Shown in pieces: positions 7,882 to 8,439 of a DNA stretch of 8,439 nucleotides; within the stretch, counting starts at the first letter, position 1; every line of letters starts with the position of its first letter. Below the pieces are notes generated by a model that worked only from the letters and a program-made list of their open reading frames with translations, had not been told where the DNA came from and did no database searches. This DNA is from Octopus sinensis (taxonomy: Eukaryota): positions 1 to 8,439 of the forward strand of contig NW_021828466.1 of the NCBI RefSeq assembly GCF_006345805.1, given 5' to 3'. A program made the position numbers and the translations under genes.

Positions 7882-8189
7882 ACACAGACATATGCCACTT
7901 CCTTAGTGTAATTAAGTAAATGAACTTGTGTCGTGCAAGCGTCCTTGATGTGAAAATTACTTTCAGTGTTAAAGCCACGATTTTGTGGATAGAAGATGTT
8001 AGCGTTCACCCAGGTTTCTATGTTTAATAGTGCTAATCAGTGTCAGTTACGCATTTCCTGTTCACGTGCAAAAATAAGTTCAGTGTTATTTGTAGTTTGC
8101 ACCGACACAGACATAATGGTGAAACATCTGCTTAATTTGCATATCAGGGCGAACTTTTTAACCTGAACTAATTAATTAATATGATATTG

Positions 8190-8439
8190 CTATGTATCTG
8201 TCTGCCAAACAAGCTACATATATGTGTGAGTGCATGTCTGTTTGTGTGTATGAGTGTTTGGTACGTGTGTCCGCGTGTGCGTGCACGTATGCGTGCGTGC
8301 GTGTGTTTGTACACGTGTGCTTATATATATATGCATTTTGTATGTATGTGTATATATATGTATATATGTATATCGTATGTATATATATATATATATATAT
8401 ATCAATTAGAGATAAAACCATATATACATGTATATATAT
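8190..8439. repeat. Degenerate TG/CG/TA dinucleotide tract
   Basis: Direct observation. Confidence 0.9.

Noticed and set aside
7967-8013. Candidate 47-nt exon (TTTCAG...CAG|GTTTCT)
   Set aside because: Weak donor site and an unrecognised peptide; needs RNA-seq support.
1-8439. CRISPR array, rRNA, prokaryotic operon or viral genes
   Set aside because: No repeat-spacer periodicity, rRNA motifs or gene-dense coding sequence; the window is eukaryotic repeat-rich DNA.

Overview
AT-rich, microsatellite-saturated eukaryotic non-coding DNA. The repeat make-up (TA/CA/TATG and CTT/CAT/TAT arrays, tRNA-headed SINEs with a CORE-like segment) is typical of an octopus/coleoid cephalopod genome; the species is inferred, not proven. 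No intact protein-coding gene is supportable, and nearly all listed ORFs are translations of simple repeats. Between the microsatellites lie several mobile-element pieces: an RTE-like 5'-UTR fragment rich in hairpins (~64-572, -); two tRNA-derived SINEs with related heads but different bodies (619-962 and 6546-6857, both -); a 5'-truncated R4/Dong-type LINE end whose endonuclease C-terminus is missed by the ORF track (~3308-3706, -); two probable Penelope-like terminal modules, one carrying a minimal hammerhead-ribozyme core (6161-6200, -); a 301-bp non-autonomous Helitron with textbook ends (7535-7835, +); and an unexplained ~56-bp near-perfect palindrome (6294-6349). Family assignments come from motif recognition by eye and need Dfam/Repbase/Rfam confirmation.
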